Part shown: positions 63,833-64,000 of the stretch, piece by piece | How the letters are laid out: the number at the start of each line of letters is the position of its first letter | How positions within the stretch are numbered: the first letter of the stretch is position 1 | Source of the DNA: Carcharhinus amblyrhynchos | Lineage: Eukaryota | DNA length: 64,000 nt | Reading direction: 5' to 3' | NCBI GenBank assembly: GCA_965287045.1 | Contig: OZ336878.1 | Coordinates: forward strand, 71,114,001-71,178,000 | Notes under the pieces: model-generated | Told to the model about the DNA's origin: nothing | The model's input: only the letters and a program-made list of their open reading frames with translations | The model's database searches: none | Made by a program: the position numbers and the translations under genes

Positions 63833-64000
63833 ATGACAGCCATTTATGAAGAATATATTGCTCCTCAGGGCACACTGGTGAAACCTTACTACTGGCTGTA
63901 TTTCACTGAAAGCTGTCCAAAATGTCCATATCACATCAAGACAGGGGAAGAAGCACGTGTTTCCTACATTGAATTTTATGAAAGCTTTGGGTTTCCCTAT
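63833..64000 (+). CDS. APOBEC4: APOBEC4 (AID/APOBEC family putative deaminase), N-terminal 56 codons; continues beyond window
   Basis: Translates MTAIYEEYIAPQGTLVKPYYWLYFTESCPKCPYHIKTGEEARVSYIEFYESFGFPY, colinear without gaps with recalled human APOBEC4 MEPIYEEYLANHGTIVKPYYWLSFSLDCSNCPYHIRTGEEARVSLTEFCQIFGFPY. Start context gccatcATG; antisense to RGL1 as in human. Confidence 0.96.
   Translation, partial: MTAIYEEYIAPQGTLVKPYYWLYFTESCPKCPYHIKTGEEARVSYIEFYESFGFPY

Overview
Vertebrate genomic DNA from a cartilaginous fish, most likely a shark, inferred from HE1/V-SINEs, CR1/HER1 LINEs, Deu-domain SINEs and Penelope-type inverted repeats. Most of the window is intronic or intergenic and repeat-rich, and nearly all ORFs in the supplied track are spurious or LINE remnants. 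Two host genes are recognisable. (1) On the minus strand, a CpG-island first coding exon (11905-11711) encodes a RalGDS-family N-terminus, most likely RGL1; the rest of that gene lies left of the window. (2) On the plus strand, the APOBEC4 coding exon starts at 63833 and runs off the right edge. The ORF track missed it because it has no stop codon in the window. RGL1 and antisense APOBEC4 are neighbours in human, so the two calls support each other. Other points of interest are a dense uORF cluster whose stop overlaps the APOBEC4 start (AUGA), several candidate alternative RGL1 first exons, nested transposon insertions with readable target-site duplications, an old local duplication and a multi-hairpin MITE-like family. 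No prokaryote-type system (CRISPR, operon) is present. All homology calls come from recalled sequences, not from a database search, and repeat boundaries are approximate.
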